Translations under genes and position numbers: made by a program
Shown here: piece after piece, positions 12,102-23,789 of the stretch
Layout of the letters: every line of letters begins with the position of its first letter
Position numbering within the stretch: the first letter of the stretch is position 1
The notes under the pieces: model-generated
The model's database searches: none
Seen by the model: the letters and a program-made list of their open reading frames with translations, nothing else
What the model was told of the DNA's origin: nothing
Assembly (NCBI RefSeq): GCF_964204645.1
Contig: NC_134036.1
Coordinates: 10,333,859-10,397,858, forward strand
DNA length: 64,000 bases
Direction of reading: 5' to 3'
From: Tubulanus polymorphus
Taxonomy: Eukaryota; Animalia; Nemertea

Positions 12102-12472
12102 TTAACTTAAGCAGCATCCTACCTTCTTCTTCTTTTTGGGGGGTTGATTTAGTTTTGCACTGCTAGTGTAAAGTGCATCCTCTTCATCGATGGTGTAGAA
12201 ATCATTATATCTGCTGTTAGTCTTTGTTGTCCCAGACTTTCCGACAATAGTTTTTATTCGTTCGTAAGGGACTGATTCCCTGATTGAAGAAGCAAGAATT
12301 ACTTCACCTTTAAACGGATCGTTTGATATAATTTTGTCGTGCATATCGTGCGAATCATCCTCCCGGCGGTAGGTGATGCCATCATCTTTGAGGAGTCTTG
12401 CCAGGTCTAATCTATTCACTTTGAGTGTATTCCTTGCGATCAATCTTTCTTCTTCTGGCTCTCTAATGTGAT
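12102..12472 (-). CDS. Probable terminal exon of a host gene ending in polybasic + CaaX motif (KKKKKVGCCLS*)
   Basis: TTTTAG acceptor at 12474-12473; open frame to the stop; the start of the exon (LKVNRLDLARLL) resembles the last helices of a death-fold domain. Confidence 0.55.
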
Positions 12473-12660
12473 CTAAAAGTAAATGAGAAATTCCCTAGTT
12501 GTACTTCTGATTGGCTAAGTTTTCATTTCTAACCGCCACAAACACCGATTTATAACACAGGGGCTTGTAAACTGGCTTGGATTTTACTTTGGGGTTGTTG
12601 ATAATCTCGCGAGAATGGCACTAAAATTTAAACAGCAAATAAATTTGAAATAATACAGAA

Positions 12661-12890
12661 ATACCTTGCTGCATGCGCAGCAACTTTCCGAAGTTCATGA
12701 TCAGTTCAAGTTCAATTGATTTTTCATTTTAAAAATTCTGTCACACGAATACAATTAGTAGAATTACATAGATAGATAAGAAAATCAATAATTTTTGTAC
12801 TGACATAAAAAGAAAACTATAATATCTGCTACATACTTTGATTGACAGCTCACGAGAGCTCGGAAAGTTGCTGCGCATGCGCAGTGGTAT
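12661..12890. mobile_element. MITE with ~30-bp imperfect TIRs
   Basis: ATACCTTGCTGCATGCGCAGCAACTTTCCG ... CGGAAAGTTGCTGCGCATGCGCAGTGGTAT. Confidence 0.55.
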
Positions 12891-14445
12891 CCACCGCATC
12901 AATACACTCACAGGCAAATACGTTTCATGCCTTGTTATTTTTATATAGTAAAGCGTCACGCCCGCCAATACTGGTCCTTAATGGCCAATTGTTTATCGGA
13001 ACTTTATAAGTTAAAAAAAGAATACCTCATCCAGTTAAAAAAAGTTCACGCAGGTTCATTTCAGCAGCGTACTAACATGACCCACTTTTGAAAAACTGAC
13101 ATTCAATGACATGTAGTGACGCCTGCGCACTCGACTGCTTTCTGGACTTAGAGAATTTCAGAGAATTTTCCCAACACATACATCATGCGCATGCGTTAAA
13201 AATGGAGACATTGGAAACATTACGGTTTTTGCCCTCAATGCTGCCATGTTTGTCACTTCAACAGTTTTTTGAGGCGACTAGCCAAATGTTTTTAGTTACT
13301 ACTGTCATCAAAACATACTTTGGATTATAAATGTATGCCATAACAACAGTCAACATCCATCGGATTAAAGAACAGTAAGTTTGAGGGAGGTTGATTGTGT
13401 TTTAAGGGCTGAAATAGATGCTCAAAGCTTCGGTCGTCCAAGTAAAAATTCGGGACAAAAATTAACCTCTATATGACACTTTGCCTGGCCCTAGACGTTG
13501 TTTCAAGAACAATGGCTAGATACTAGACTAAGAAATACCTTGTGTTCATATTCTTTAGCCAATTTATCCGCTAAAAGAACTAAAATTACCCGGTAATTGG
13601 TCATTTCCTGAAATTTTCAAAAACAAATCAAATCGTCGGAAGGAAAGCCTCGAGCGAATACCAGTGCCCTCTACAGGGAATTCCCACGAAGTAACAATAA
13701 ACGTACGTAGTACGGTTCGAATCCCAAATACTGTATGTATAATCAGGGAAGTGTGATGAGATGGAATACGGACGCTTTTAATTGCCGGATGTAGGCTATT
13801 CAATTCAGCCCGTACATCAAAGGTTACCGCAACAGCAGTAAGCTACGCTTATCGAGTGTGTGTTACCAGCTGAACACCAGTCAACATCAACTTTGATTTG
13901 GTCGCAGAACAACCCGCAATAGTTTTAGCCCGATAAATGTTCTGCGATCGATACTACGCATGCGCACTGCAGTTCATTGAACAACGTGGAAGTGGCTGTG
14001 TATACACATATTTTTCTTTAGAAAATCGGTTGAAATTCAACAATTTCTCGTAAAATTTGTCCAAAAAGGTATGTATTTTTATTCTTCTATATCTCCGAAA
14101 CCCGGTATCGGAACATTAAGTATTTATATTGTGATTAAAGTCTGTTTTTATGTGTTAAACATATGTTTTTGCCAGTTCGTTCCAATTCCGGGTTTAGCGT
14201 TATTTGGGCCTTGAAGATGTCAAATATTTCGGCCCAGACTCGCGCAGCTTTCGTTTCTGACGTCATGTTGCTATGTTACGACACAAACATATACACGAAG
14301 TGATCTTTAAAATGTGTATTTACTACATAATAATGTTACTTAATAACGCTTACATTAGGCCTACAAGTTATTGTCCCCCATATAAACCAAGTTGCCTAAA
14401 TAGCATCAGCAATCTCATTTAATTAACCTTTTCTTGTTTTTAGTC

Positions 14446-14776
14446 ATGGATCTTTGTCGATTGTGTGGAAAAAATGCGAAACCTCCGGATCGTCGTCCTA
14501 TCGATAAAAATAATTTCAAAAGCCATGTGAAGGAGTTGTTCAACATTGATTTTGATGATGATACTGAACAGTACCCGATATATATCTAATATGTGTCGTG
14601 TCAAATTACAAAAATGGCGTAAGAACAAAAACGTTAAAAAAACTGTCCCTGTGACTATCAAATTAAAACAATGGACATGTAAACCACTGGTTAATTCCAA
14701 GTCTGGACGGCGACGTATTTGTAGTCAAAATTTTATCGATCGATTTTCCATAATGTACTGCTGCCATTCCATTTGA
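14446..14776 (+). pseudogene. RAG1-N-terminal/Chapaev-like C4 zinc-finger protein fragment, frameshifted and truncated
   Basis: MDLCRLCGK...KELFNIDFDDDTEQYPIYI[C]NMCRVKLQKW with a 2-nt deletion at ~14588; TTTTTAG acceptor at 14443, upstream donor AG|GTATGT at ~14069. Confidence 0.6.
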
Positions 14777-15277
14777 ACTGAATTTAAATACTCGATGGTT
14801 AATCACTTCAGTCATAGCCTTTTCCAAATATATAGTGTTCCTGCGAAAATAATAATAATGATTATTATTTTAACATGTACTTATCTGGATTTTTTATATT
14901 ATGTTTATATATTATTTTCTGTATTCGTTTATTATTTTATAACCTAAAAGGATTGTATTGATTATAAAAATAAATGTAAAAAATACCTGTATGTGTGTTT
15001 TCTCGTGTTCAGATCGCAGTCTCTGGTCAGCTGAGCCTGAGAAGTAGCTATATGAAAAAGAAAAGGAAAGAATAAAGTGCCTGCAATTAGGTGGAAACTA
15101 TTCCGATATTTCATTGATTCAAAAGGAATAAAACTCACTAGAATCGGCCGAATTAGTTGATCCTGATCCAGAGGATTCCCTTAATATTTCCGTATCGATC
15201 TGAACCAATTCGTCACAATCAAAGAATAGTTCGTCAAAATCGTCATCATTTATAATTTCGTTGACAACCGTTGCCAT
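14710..15277 (-). pseudogene. Second spliced gene remnant with an acidic N-terminus (exons 15277-15139, 15047-14987, 14840-~14710)
   Basis: AAAATGG start, MATVVNEIINDDDFDELFFDCDEL; GTGAGT and GTATTT donors, canonical acceptors, phases compatible. Confidence 0.55.
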
Positions 15278-16025
15278 TTTAATACAGCGGAAAGAACCGA
15301 TATCACGATTGATAAAACACTATATCCGTTTGAAGCGATGTAGAGATCGCACAATGATAACGAAAAAGTCCAAAAATGTTAGTAGTATATTCAACGTTTC
15401 GTCTATGTCCTAATAGTCATCTTCAGAAATAATGAATACTAAAGAAATTATGAGAGATATATACAGTCCAGAGACAAAGAGACTAATTCAAGTAATCACA
15501 GATGATACAAACTAAAGGAAAATTAACGTAGAAACAGTTACACGCTAAAACAGATTAAAGAGAAGCAGTTAAGAGACAAACTAGGGGGCACTTAAATTTA
15601 AGACAATTGTGAATACAAGTTGATCGACTAAAATTGATGAGGGGAAATCAGGTTTGAGTTTAACCAGTTTACAGAGGAATTTTTATATAAGTTTATTATG
15701 GGATGAAAAACCGATATTCGGAAACAACTGAATTATTACGTAGATTCCCGATCTCGCTGGTTATCGCTTATCGGCGCGTTACGTAACAAAGCGCTCGCCG
15801 ACGAACCGTTATCGGCTTTAGGGCAATTACAACGCACATTCGACAAGAGCTGCACAATAGCGTCCGAATTCCATCTCATCACACTTCCCTGGTATAATGC
15901 AGACCTGGCCAATCAAGTTGCTTGTTGATTAGGCACTACAATCGCCCGCACTCATCGCCCGTCCAACAAAAACCCTACACATGCTATCACATCAAACAAG
16001 CCCACCTGAACCGTGACGAGTAGGT

Positions 16026-16262
16026 CTACGATTGTATCCATGACTTACTTTTTTCGAGAATCGCTTCCCTGTGTTTCCCTTTAAATCCTGAGAATTTAAC
16101 CGCAAACAAACCATCGGAGTCATCTTTGGGGGTGGCGAGTGCCGAATACCATACCCCAGTTACCGGATCCCAGGCCTGTAAAATATTCTCCATTCTTTTT
16201 TTCTGCGTGCGCGTCCTCGCCCTACTGCATAACTCTAACAAGTGTGCGCGGTAAGCGGCCAA
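16026..16262 (-). other. Unidentified coding-like segment
   Basis: 78-codon open frame with protein-like composition; no recognisable domain or clear splice sites. Confidence 0.2.
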
Positions 16263-16715
16263 TGCAACAGGAGCGTTAAGGCAAAAAAATGTTACTAATT
16301 GTTTCTCCTACTCGGCCGGGTACGTGTACATCTATTAAGTATGAACTGTAATCAAATTTGCAGTCAGTTAATTTCTATATTTCAGGTCTGTTTTTGTTGT
16401 TCCGAGGACAGGCCTACGTATAGGGAAGCTACGTAAGGAATGGGGTAGTTCCTACGTGGGCGACCGGAAGCCCGAAATGAGAAACAAGGAATTAATTATC
16501 TTTCGCCTTAACAACGTCGTGTACTCTGATTGGCTCGCCAGAACGAAACGCGCAAAATCGCGAACGCGTCTTTTTGCAGAACGCGTTTAAGTCGCGATTT
16601 TTGCAGCGAGAGACGCGCTTAAGGCGCGTCTCTTTTGTTAGCTTTGTGGACGCACCAAAATACTTAGTCGCGATTTAGTCGCAGCCACAAGGGAGGTTTT
16701 ATCTAGGCTGTACCG

Positions 16716-16769
<54 letters not shown>
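16716..16769. repeat. (TA)n microsatellite
   Basis: Direct reading. Confidence 0.95.
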
Positions 16770-16772
<3 letters not shown>

Positions 16773-17014
16773 TTATAAACGCCAACTTATCGGGACATGC
16801 GTGATTCTGAGACTCGGAGTATTGGGGCCTCTCTGTCGTATTGGGTCATTTTCTATTTATTGGGACTAGGACCCAATAATTTTGGCCCCAATTATTTAGC
16901 TGATGTGGTTAGCACCCATACATTATTATATCGTATGTGGCAGAAACGCATATTGGGTCGTTGAGTAGCGACACAACACCCCTCTGGTGGTGAACTCCGG
17001 AAACGTTATGTATG

Positions 17015-17090
17015 ATTCGACCAATCAGATTTGATATATATCTATCGACCAATCAGATTGATTCGTATGACTCGACCAATCAGATTCAAG
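17015..17090 (+). promoter_or_regulatory. Three tandem CCAAT boxes (CGACCAATCAGAT)
   Basis: Motif repeated three times at ~27-bp spacing; GTAAGT donor at ~17166. Confidence 0.3.
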
Positions 17091-18559
17091 GATCACATCA
17101 ACGTGGCGGCCATTATCGTTGTTTCGATTCGGAATTATGTTTAGCGTTTATGCACGGCTTGTTGGGTAAGTACTATTGATAAATGAAATCTTTTTGCTCG
17201 TATCAACTGAGTTAGTTACCTAATCGTCGGTGGTAAGCTTTTTATAATCGGATGGGCTTATATCAACGTGTGGTTTGTGAAAATATCCGATCGTGAAACT
17301 AAACCACTGACAGGTTAGGCTATCGTTAACTAGCCTAACGTTAACAATAGATTCATTGAATGTTCTTTGAATAATTCAATTCAGCAGGCCAATTCTATGT
17401 CACTGAACAGTTGCCAAACAATACACCCATGGACCGTAGTAGGCCTAAACAAACCGGACATATTTGGGGCGACTTTTACTCTTGATTTCGTTCGTTTGGC
17501 ATGATATTTTAATTCAGGCTTTTAGGCCTACCGCAGGTGTAATCAGGTCGGCACCGGTAGTCCAACACAGTCACAGCCAATTTATCTTGGGGGTGTGATT
17601 GTGAAGAGATAGGCCTAGGTCTATGGTGGAACTTTTAGGCTTATATTGGATGGCATAACTAAGGATTCACATCGGAGTGCTCCGTAGTTAGGAGTGCTCC
17701 CTAAGCCGGCTTTTGGCAGTAGTTAGCACAACTGTGGAGTCGGAGAAACCAATATGGCATCTCATTCAAAGAGCGGCTGTAATTCAAGCCCAAACTATTG
17801 ACATTTTGACCAAAAGAAAGTAAGATTTTTGGCTAAAAGTTACTGATTTTTGTTTCCCAAAAAATTTTTTTTCCATTAGGCCTAGGCCTATTTTCCAACT
17901 TTTTCAGTATGGGCCGTTTTCATCCCTGATCATGTATATATTTTAGCTACTACTCAATTGCTTTAGGCCTATAAAGTAATTCGATAAGCCTACAAGTCGT
18001 GTGGAAGATTCCAATCAATCCGCAGTTGAACCACATGGAGAGTCTTATGACAGATAGGCCTATGAGTCAGCTTGCCGCAACCGATGGTAAATCAGTTTAG
18101 TTATTCCATATCTTTTTAGCCCACTTGGAACTGGTCTAGTACCTAGCCGTTGGTTGTAGGGAACCGGTATTCGGTAACAACGACTGGTATTCAGACTAAC
18201 TTGGAACTTAAGACCTTAAGTTGATTTTATTGGGAAATATAAGACCAAGATCTAGTAACGTGTCGTATAGGCCTACGGCTGAGTGTTTATGTGGTAGGTA
18301 GTTTAACTTGTACAGTCGGGTATTGGATGGTGCTGCCATCTTGGGTCCGGATGGTAGTCCGCAGGCAGAGGGGAGTCGTCTTCCAGAGTTGTTTAGCCAG
18401 TCGAAAACTGGTTGTTCGGGGAGACAGTCGTAATAAAACTACTGGCATATTCTATCAGTCTATGCTTTTTATTTTAATCTCTAGTTCTCAGGAGCAGGAG
18501 TTGGAGTCTTCCAAGGCGGAGTGTGCTGGCGTGTCCACCGTACACGTCCGCTGAAATAG

Positions 18560-20620
18560 TCGCTACTGTTCGTTCCTCAACGAGAGGACCGACATCCCTC
18601 GACATCGATCGTGCGAGAAGCTCGCTAAGGGGGCGCTGCTGTTTGTCCCTCAACGAGAGGATCGACATCGATCGTGCGAGAAGCTCGCTAAGGGGCGCTG
18701 CTGTTCGACCCTCAACGAGAGGATCGACATCGATCGTGCGAGAGGCTCGCTAAGGGGCGCTGCTATTCGACCCTCAACGAGAGGATCGACATCACTCGCA
18801 TCGGTCGTGCGAGAAGCTCGCTAAGGGCGCGCTGCTGTTCGACCCTCAACGAGAGGACCGACATCGGTCGTGCGAGAAGCTCGCTAAGGGCGCGCTACTG
18901 TTCGTTCCTCAACGAGAGGACCGACATCGCTCGACATCAATCGTGCGAGAAGCTCGCTAAGGGGGCGCTGCTGTTCGACCCTCAACGAGAGGATCGACAT
19001 CGATCGTGCGAGAAGCTCGCTAAGGGGCGTTGCTGTTCGACCCTCAACGAGAGGACCGACATCGCTCGACATCGGTCGTGCGCGAAGCTCGCTAAGGGCG
19101 CGCTGCTGTTCGTTCCTCAACGGGAGGATCGACGTTGCTCCAAATTGATCGTGCGAGAAGCTCGCTAAGGAGACGCCGCTGTTCGATCCTCAACGGGAGG
19201 ACCGACATCGATCGTGCGAAAGGCTCGCTAAAGAGACACCGCTGTTCGATTCTCAACGGGAGGACCGACATCGATCGTGCGAGAAGCTCGTTAAGGAGAC
19301 GCAGCTGTTCGATCCTCAACGGGAGGACCGACAGCGATCGTGCGAGATGCTCGCCAATGGCGCGCTGCTGTTCGACCCTCAATGAGAGGACCGATGTTGC
19401 TCCAAATTGATCGTGCGAGAAGCTCGCTAAGGAGTCGCCGCTGTTCGATCCTCAATGAGAGGACTGACTTCGCTCGACTTTGATCGTGCAAAAGGCTTGC
19501 TAGGGAGACGCCGCTGTTCGTTCCTCAACGGGAGGACCGAGATCGATCGTACGAGAAGCTTGTTAAGGAGACGCCGCTGTTCGACCCTCAATGAGAGGAC
19601 CGATGTTGCTCCAAATTGATCGTGCGAGAAGCTCGCTGAGGAGTCGCCGCTGTTCGATCCTCAATGAGAGGACTGACTTCGCTCGACTTTGATCGTGCAA
19701 AAGGCTTGCTAGGGAGACGCCGCTGTTCGTTCCTCAACGGGAGGACCGAGATCGATCGTGCGAGAAGCTTGTTAAGGAGACGCCGCTGTTCGTTCCTCAA
19801 CGGGAGGACCGAGATCGATCGTACGAGAAGCTTGTTAAGGAGACGCCGCTGTTCGTTCCTCAACGAGAGGACCGACATCGCTCGACATCGGTCGTGCGAG
19901 AAGCTCGCTTAGGGCGCGCTGCTGTTCGTTCCTCAACGGGAGGACCGACGTTGCTCCAAATTGATCGTGCGAGAAGCTCGCTAAGGAATCGCCGCTGTTC
20001 GATCCTCAACGGGAGGACCGACATCGATCGTGCGAAAGGCTCGCTAAAGAGACGCCGCTGTTCGATCCTCAACGGGAGGACCGACATCGATCGTGCGAGA
20101 AGCTCGTTAAGGAGACGCCGCCATTCGATCCTCAACGGGAGGACCGACATGGATCGTGCGAGATGCTCGCTAATGGCGCGCTGCTGTTCGACCCTCAACG
20201 AGAGGACCGATGTTGACCGATGTCTCCAAATTGATCGTACGAGAAGCTTGCTAAGGAGTCGCCGCTGTTCGATCCTCTACGAGAGGATCGACTATGATCG
20301 TGCAAAAGGCTTGCTAGGGAGATGCCGCTGTTCGTTCCTCAACGGGAGGACCGAGATCGATCGTGCGAGAAGCTCGCTAAGGAGGCGCCGCTGTTCGATC
20401 CTCAACGAGAGAACCGACATCGCTTGACATCGTTTGTGCGAGAGAGACGTGTCTACCGTTCACGTTCGCTTAAGAGAATGCCGCCGTTCGGTTCTCAACG
20501 CGGGAACCGACGTCTCTCGACATTGTTCGCGTGGGAAAGACGAGTCTAGTGTCCTCAACACGAGGGCCGACAACGACCGATAACGTTTGTGTAGGGAGTT
20601 CACTGAATTAAGCACTGTTG
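18560..20620. repeat. CpG-rich tandem array, ~61-63-bp unit (72-73-bp variants), ~30 copies
   Basis: Unit CGATCGTGCGAGAAGCTCGCTAAGGAGACGCCGCTGTTCGATCCTCAACGGGAGGACCGACAT; period 63 at 19147/19210/19273. Confidence 0.95.
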
Positions 20621-20910
20621 TCCGTTCTCAACGCGAGTACCGACGTCGACCGACATTGACCGTTTTACTGTTACAGAGAGTGGAAGTAGAAGGGGACGTC
20701 TTGGCAACAAGTTCCGGGCAAAAGCAGAACGACCCTGAACAGCAGCCGCCGGTCCCCTAAGAGGGATTGGAGTGTTTCGGCTGCGACATTTAGTTCCGCT
20801 ATTTAACGTACATTGTCGCTGATTGGCTGATTTACGCCGCACATGCGCACGGAGGTGCGCAACTTAGAAAATTCAAGGAAAGTGTAGAGAACAGAGTTAG
20901 AGAAAATAGA

Positions 20911-20983
20911 GCGGCTAGAGCGAGACTCAAACCCGGGCAAGTAAATTACTAGCGCAGCGTCATCCCACTAGATCACCGAGCTC
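20911..20983 (-). other. tRNA-derived (Pol III promoter-like) segment, not a functional tRNA
   Basis: A-box-like TGATCTAGTGG and B-box-like GGTTTGAGTC at tRNA spacing in 73 nt; acceptor stem does not pair. Confidence 0.55.
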
Positions 20984-22350
20984 GTGAAAACCAACCGAAT
21001 GTTTTCAGATGCAAGATGGCCGTTCTGTTTCCTATTTTGTACCAAAAAAATGTCAATTTTGGCCTCAATTTCAACTAGGCCTACTACTCAATTGCTTATG
21101 CATGTTCATATTTTTTATTTTCATAGGAAGATGGACCACCGCGTTCGGTACGAGTCGTGCAGAAGATTCCAATCAATCCACAGGTTAACCACATGGAGAG
21201 ACATGACAGATGAGTCAACATGACAGATTGACATTGACATTTCCACCAAGTACTAACTAATCACCTAAAAGGACCCATTAGGCCCAATGTTTGTTAAAGT
21301 CTATCATACTGAATGTATATAATTCATCACCTAGGAATCCCCGAATTGAGGGAAATCTATGATAGAATGTATTGTTATTACACAGCAAACCCACAGTTAG
21401 ATTGGTCTGGTAAAATCTATCATATGGATTATTATGTACTATAAGACAAAGGACCCAATAGGTCGGTACAATCTATCATGTGGAATGTATTAGTTATTAC
21501 ACAGGAAACCAGCTGTTTGATCGACCCAATAGATAGGTACAATCTATAAAATGTAATAGGCCCTATATCATTTATAAAAATATATTAATGTAATTGATTT
21601 AATGTATTTATATACATGTATCTACCCTAGATACATCTTGTACCCAAAAACTGAGCTTGGTCAGAATCAACATGGTTGACTGGTGGCCATTTGTGTTCGC
21701 TGAAATCAGCACTTTCCTACTCATTTTTGAAGTTTTCAAGGGAATTTTGAAGACACTGATCGAATTACCTTGATCTATCAGATCGTGTACTCGAAGGTTC
21801 CATCAGCATGAGAGAAATTTTGGGTCAATCGGATGCAAGATGGCCATCCTGTGACCTTTTTTCGTACCCAAAAAATATCAATTTTTGTCTCAATTTCAAC
21901 CACTACTCAATTGCTTATGCATGTTCATATTTTTAATTTTCGCAGGAAAATGGACCACCGAGTTCGATACAATTGGTGTGGAAGATTCCAATCAATCCGC
22001 AGTTGAATCACATAGAGAGAGTCTTATGGTAGATACGAGTCAACTTTCCGAGACCGATGGTAAATCAGTTTAGTTATTTCATACCTTTTTAGCCCACTAG
22101 GGACTTTAGACCGAAAGTCGATTATTTGGGATATTTCTCTAAAACTTTTGAACACATACTGTAGGCCTACCTGAATTTGATCATCATACTACCAGTGAAA
22201 CTGGTATATTGTGGGTTGACTGTAAATCAATTTTAACAATATGTTTCCGTGCCTACCATTTGAAATTATAATCAAATCATCAAAAATCAATGGTTCGTAG
22301 GCATGGAAACTCAGGACGCATATTGTTAGAATTTCAAAAATGGCTTATTT

Positions 22351-23789
22351 TTAGCCTACTTGGGAGTCCCAGCGGGCTATTGCGTTCACTTTTTGTCCGT
22401 CCGTCCGTCCGTAGACGGAATCCAGTTATTTTGGGAAGTTTTGAAGACGCTTCAAGGTAACGTCTTGATATTTGGGTTACACGTGTATCTACCCTAGACA
22501 CATCTTCAGCCCAAAAACTGACCCTGTCAGAATCAAGATGGCTGACTGGCAGCCATTGTTGTTCGCCAAAATCAGCACTTTTTACACATTTTTGAACTTT
22601 TTGAGGGAAATTTTGAAGACGCTTCGATCAATTACCTTGATCTTTCGGATATATGTGAATCCCCCCAGGGCCCATCAACGAAACAAAAATTGGGTCGGTC
22701 GGACTCAAGATGGCCGTCCTATGACCTTTTTAGTGCCCAAAAATGTTAATTTTTGCCCGAATTCTGAGTCCTGTAGCTTCCTACTGGTTTACCATTTCTC
22801 AATGCAATTTGTGATGGGTATTCTTTGGAAAGGGATGTTTTATACCTCAGACAGGTATTTTTCATCAGCCAATTATGACACAATTGGCGGCCATCTTGGT
22901 GTCACCAGTACTCATTCGTAAGTGGGAAAAAGTTTTTCCACATTATATTGATACCTAAGCGTATTTTGCTACCACAATCAATTAGAAAGTTGTAGCTCAT
23001 AACGTGTTCTATGATTGTGGTGAGTTTCAAGGTAATTGGATTTCGTATATGGCCACCAGGGGGCGTTGAATAATACAATATCTTAGCATTTCTTTATTAT
23101 ATTCGTACCTATGCATATTTTGTAACCACGATCAATTGGAAAGTTGTAGCTCATGACATCATCTATGATTGTTGTGAGTTTTAAGGACATTAGTTTTTCT
23201 ATATGGTCACCAGGGGGCGTTGAATAGTAGAATAACTTAGTATTTCCTTATTATATTGGTACCAAGGGCGTACTCTTTTATGACCTCCGAAGTCTCCGTC
23301 CGAAATCTCCGGTTGGCTCCACACAAAATCCGAATCACACCACCTCGACAGATAGGAGGTTTCGGAGACTCCAAAAAGTCACGTGACCAATAAAAGAGTA
23401 CGATTGGAGGCAAACGGATTCTTCGATCTGATAAAAGAGTTCGCTCCTAGGCATATTTTGTTACCATGATCAATTGCAAAGTTGTAGTTCATGACATGTT
23501 CTATGATTGTGGTGAGTTTCGAGGTCATTGGGTTTTGAATATGGTCACCAGGGGGCGTTGAATAGTAGAATGACTTAGTATTTCCATACTAAATTGGTAA
23601 CGAGGCATATTTTGTTATCACAATCAATTACAAAATCGTAGCTGCTGACATGTTCTATGATTTTGGTGAGTTTCAAGGTCGTTGGTTTTTGTAAATGGTC
23701 ACCAGGGGGCGTTGAATATTGAAATTGTTAGATTGTTGAGCATTTGAAACCATTTCCCAAGTGGGCATGGTGTCCCTGGACCCCTAGTT
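22351..23789 (+). mobile_element. Helentron/DINE-1-like element, full copy
   Basis: 5' hairpin, (GTCC)n, ~120-bp tandem repeats, 3' GGGCATGGTGTCCCTGGACCCCTAGTT; empty site GGCTTATTTTTTCTC at ~27410 shows insertion into a T-run without TSD. Confidence 0.85.
23266..23446. mobile_element. MITE with 16-bp imperfect TIRs and 3-bp TSD (CAA/CTA)
   Basis: GGGCGTACTCTTTTAT ... ATAAAAGAGTTCGCTC; sister copies have the empty site GGTACCTAGGC. Confidence 0.75.

Larger units (their letters stand above)
13744..15891. mobile_element. Internally deleted TIR transposon with 33-bp TIRs and 7-bp TSD GTATAAT (P/Galileo-like ends), two convergent gene remnants
   Basis: CAGGGAAGTGTGATGAGATGGAAT(A/T)CGGACGCT at both ends, one mismatch; GTATAAT at 13737-13743 and 15892-15898. 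Confidence 0.85.
18154..21000 (-). mobile_element. LTR-like unit with tRNA-like head and internal tandem array
   Basis: Left end TGTAGGGAACC; minus-strand AATAAA at 18231-18226; CCAAT (~20824) and TATA-like (~20803) on the minus strand; right end unclear and no TSD found. Confidence 0.45.

Noticed and set aside
13744-13790. RSS-like heptamer/nonamer in the TIR, which would indicate a ProtoRAG/Transib element
   Set aside because: TIR starts CAGGGAA, not CAC; TSD is 7 bp rather than 5; no RAG1 core or kelch repeats are visible
18560-20620. CRISPR array or protamine-like Arg-rich genes
   Set aside because: No unique spacers and no cas genes; frames break wherever unit length is not a multiple of 3
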